From: Moorena sp. SIOASIH
GTDB lineage: Bacteria; Cyanobacteriota; Cyanobacteriia; Cyanobacteriales; Coleofasciculaceae
Direction: 5' to 3'
Assembly: GCF_010671925.1 (NCBI RefSeq)
Contig: NZ_JAAHIH010000001.1
Span: forward strand, 613,053-677,052
Length of the DNA: 64,000 bases
In this document: positions 61,684 through 64,000 of the stretch, piece by piece
Layout: every line of letters starts with the position of its first letter
Position numbering within the stretch: the stretch's first letter is position 1
Made by a program: the position numbers and the translations under genes
The notes under the pieces: model-generated
The model's database searches: none
Seen by the model: the letters and a program-made list of their open reading frames with translations, nothing else
Told to the model about the DNA's origin: nothing

Positions 61684-61895
61684 GGTTGATCTGCTCTTTG
61701 GTTAGTTTTATGTTACTCAACAACTTGGTTGTTGTTACTTTTATTCTACCGCTTCTTATTCAATTTGTATCACTTGTCAAGCCAATTTGGCGGAAACTTG
61801 ATTAAGTTTGGTAGGTGGCTAAGCAAATGCTTAATCCTAGCAATCTTAGTAGGGAATACGGTTTAGTCCCTACTAAGATTTAGTCCCTACTAAGA

Positions 61896-62189
61896 TTAGT
61901 CGACAAAAGCCACAGAAAGAGAAATTGCCGAAGAGCCGAAGGAATTAGCTTGAGCGTCAGTAATGGTTTCAGCCAGACTATCCTTACCTTTAGCATCAGC
62001 AGTAGCTTCAGCAGTAGCGGCGTTGCCCCGAACCTTCACAATAGACTCAAAGCGCTCTCTGATATCGACCCTTTTATTGATATCAATGTCCTTGCGATCG
62101 CGGAAGAATACACTTCCGGAGAATCCTGCGCCAACGATGTTAGTTTCTTCGTTAACAACTTCGATGTGATTTAGGTCAGAAATATTCAT
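61896..62189 (-). CDS. Small protein, tandem paralog 2
   Basis: About 95% identical to paralog 1 at the protein level. Confidence 0.5.
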   Translation of the reverse strand: MNISDLNHIEVVNEETNIVGAGFSGSVFFRDRKDIDINKRVDIRERFESIVKVRGNAATAEATADAKGKDSLAETITDAQANSFGSSAISLSVAFVD

Positions 62190-62401
62190 GGTTGGTCTGC
62201 TCTTTGGTTAGTTTTATGTTACTCAACAACTTGGTTGTTGTTACTTTTATTCTACCGCTTCTTATTCAATTTGTATCACTTGTCAAGCCAATTTGGCGGA
62301 AACTTGATTAAGTTTGGTAGGTGGCTAAGCAAATGCTTAATCCTAGCAATCTTAGTAGGGAATACGGTTTAGTCCCTACTAAGATTTAGTCCCTACTAAG
62401 A

Positions 62402-62695
62402 TTAGTCGACAAAAGCCACAGAAAGAGAAATTGCCGAAGAGCCGAAGGAATTAGCTTGAGCGTCAGTAATGGTTTCAGCCAGACTATCCTTACCTTTGGC
62501 ATCAGCAGTAGCTTCAGCAGTAGCCGCGTTGCCCCGAACCTTCACAAGAGACTCAAAGCGCTCTTGGATATTGACCCTTTTATTGATATCAATGAACTTG
62601 CGATCTTTGAAGTATACACTTCCGGAGAATCCTGCGCCAATGATGTTAGTTTCTTCGTTAACAACTTCGATGTGATTTAGGTCAGAAATATTCAT
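62402..62695 (-). CDS. Small protein, tandem paralog 3
   Basis: About 90% identical to paralogs 1 and 2. Confidence 0.5.
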   Translation of the reverse strand: MNISDLNHIEVVNEETNIIGAGFSGSVYFKDRKFIDINKRVNIQERFESLVKVRGNAATAEATADAKGKDSLAETITDAQANSFGSSAISLSVAFVD

Positions 62696-62699
62696 GGTT

Positions 62700-63060
62700 G
62701 GTCTGCTCTTTGGTTAGTTTTATGTTACTCAACAACTTGGTTGTTGTTAGTTTCATCCTACCGCTATTAATTGAATTTGTCTCACTTGTCACGCCAATTT
62801 GGCTGAAACTTTAGATCGACACTTTTAAGTTAGGTAGCTAACAACAACTTTGGGTTTGTTGTTACTTTAATCCTACCGCTATTAATTGAATTTGTATCAC
62901 TTGTCACGCCAATTTGGCTGAAACTTTAGCTGGATACTTGATTAAGTTAGGTAGGTTGCTAACAACCCCTTGGTTGTTGTTACTTTAATCCTACCGCTAT
63001 TACTTGAATTTGTATCACTTGTCACGCCAATTTGGCGGTAAAGTTTTATATCATGTCAGG
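62700..63060. repeat. Three additional gene-less copies of the ~115-bp upstream module (hairpin AACAACTTGGTTGTTGTT + CTACCGCT..TTGTATCACTTGTCA(A/C)GCCAATTTGGC)
   Basis: Direct reading; the same module precedes each of the three small genes. Confidence 0.8.
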
Positions 63061-63357
63061 ATAATTACCCTTAATAAAAATCTCCCCTATCTCCCCATCT
63101 TCCCATCTCCCCACACCTCCCACCCTCCCCACCCTCTCCTTAATTAATTAAGGGTATTCAACCAGACTTGATATTAGGGATAGTTGAATGTTACAAATTG
63201 TTATGAAAAATACCCAAGTTATGGAAAACTAACTTGGGAGTATTAATGCAATTTATGCAGTATCAAAAAATTAAGAAAAACAAAATAAATTCAGCGATTG
63301 GGGGACTGTAAGCATTGAGCTATCAGCCCCTCACCTTAATGGTGAGATTACCAGTCA

Positions 63358-63792
63358 CTAGAAAAAGCTTACATTCCTAGTAGTTGAGTAGAATTTTTGC
63401 AATTTGTGGTTAAACCACTGTTCTTGAGAGCCCCCTTGCACTAGTTGGCTTCTCCTGTCAAGGGGCTTTGCATAGTCGAGATCTTTAATGTTCCTTAAGC
63501 ACTTCTGAGCAACTGAAACATTAGACAGGGTACCAGCATCTTCCCTATCCTGCTTAAGGCTGTCGGTTGTAGCTTGATTGAGTGAGTCCATTTTCTCGTT
63601 ATCCCGTCGCAATCGGCAGTAGGTTCGCGACGGTATGTATTCTAAGGGGTTAAGACCCAAACAACGCAGCATCAAAACACAAGCCCACGAATACTTGCGA
63701 TCGCGAATTGCTTCTTCAATCAAACTAATCTTTTCAGGATCTAGGGTTTTGCCCAGTTGGCGATTAGAACGACGAAGCATGGAGTAACTCAT
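63358..63792 (-). CDS. HetP-family protein (heterocyst differentiation-related)
   Basis: [33 protein letters not shown] aligns with the HetP core [33 protein letters not shown]. Confidence 0.75.
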   Translation of the reverse strand: [144 protein letters not shown]

Positions 63793-64000
63793 GATGATTT
63801 CTCTTTGATCTGAAGGTCAACGAATTGGATTTGCAGGATTTACGCTTGAACTCTACCTCTAGTTTCAATAGTCAGTGATTCTGGTTGGTCAATTAAGTGA
63901 AGAGTTAGAGTACTGATCTAACCATCTGATTTGAGTTGTGAAACCTCCGAAGATGGCGTGATCGGGTGATCGGGTGATCGGGTGATCTCGAAGAATCTCA

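Noticed and set aside
61444-62680. Plus-strand 68-74-aa ORFs opposite each of the three tandem small genes
   Set aside because: They are mirror ORFs of the minus-strand paralogs. The minus frames carry the conserved leader-like N-termini and the upstream promoter module.

Overview
This 64-kb window looks like chromosomal DNA from a filamentous cyanobacterium. The palindrome GCGATCGC (HIP1) occurs many times, heptamer tandem-repeat blocks are numerous, a HetP-family gene lies at the right end, and a PEP-CTERM protein and an FHA-N/CHAT giant protein are present. About two thirds of the window is housekeeping: ffh-rpsP-KH protein, pyrH-frr, hemE, acs, phoH, an LD-carboxypeptidase, and a PEP-dependent dihydroxyacetone kinase system (dhaK-dhaL plus a three-domain dhaM). 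The rest is mobile DNA and accessory genes. The mobile elements are: (i) an IscB (OMEGA RNA-guided nuclease) element at the left edge; (ii) a group II intron with a frameshifted RT-maturase-HNH ORF, inserted antisense into the 3' end of dhaL; (iii) an IS607-like tnpA(serine recombinase)+tnpB element next to a truncated duplicate of the dhaM 5' end; (iv) a TnpB-only IS200/IS605-like element whose tnpB carries two copies of a small REP-like hairpin repeat; (v) several dispersed repeat families: MITE-like elements with GTAAGCATTCAGC inverted termini, a GTTCGCGYAGCGTGGCC-loop-GGCCA hairpin, GGCAAGATGCC hairpins, GGGGAGAT arrays, and a 61-bp satellite. The accessory genes worth a second look are: (a) an arginine:glycine amidinotransferase + guanidinoacetate N-methyltransferase operon, i.e. 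a putative creatine or methylated-guanidino pathway; (b) a low-GC tRNA-dependent cyclodipeptide synthase next to a SAM methyltransferase; (c) an EF-hand-arginase fusion next to a urea-transporter-EF-hand fusion; (d) a tandem array of small genes with double-glycine-type leaders. No rRNA, tRNA or CRISPR arrays were recognised.
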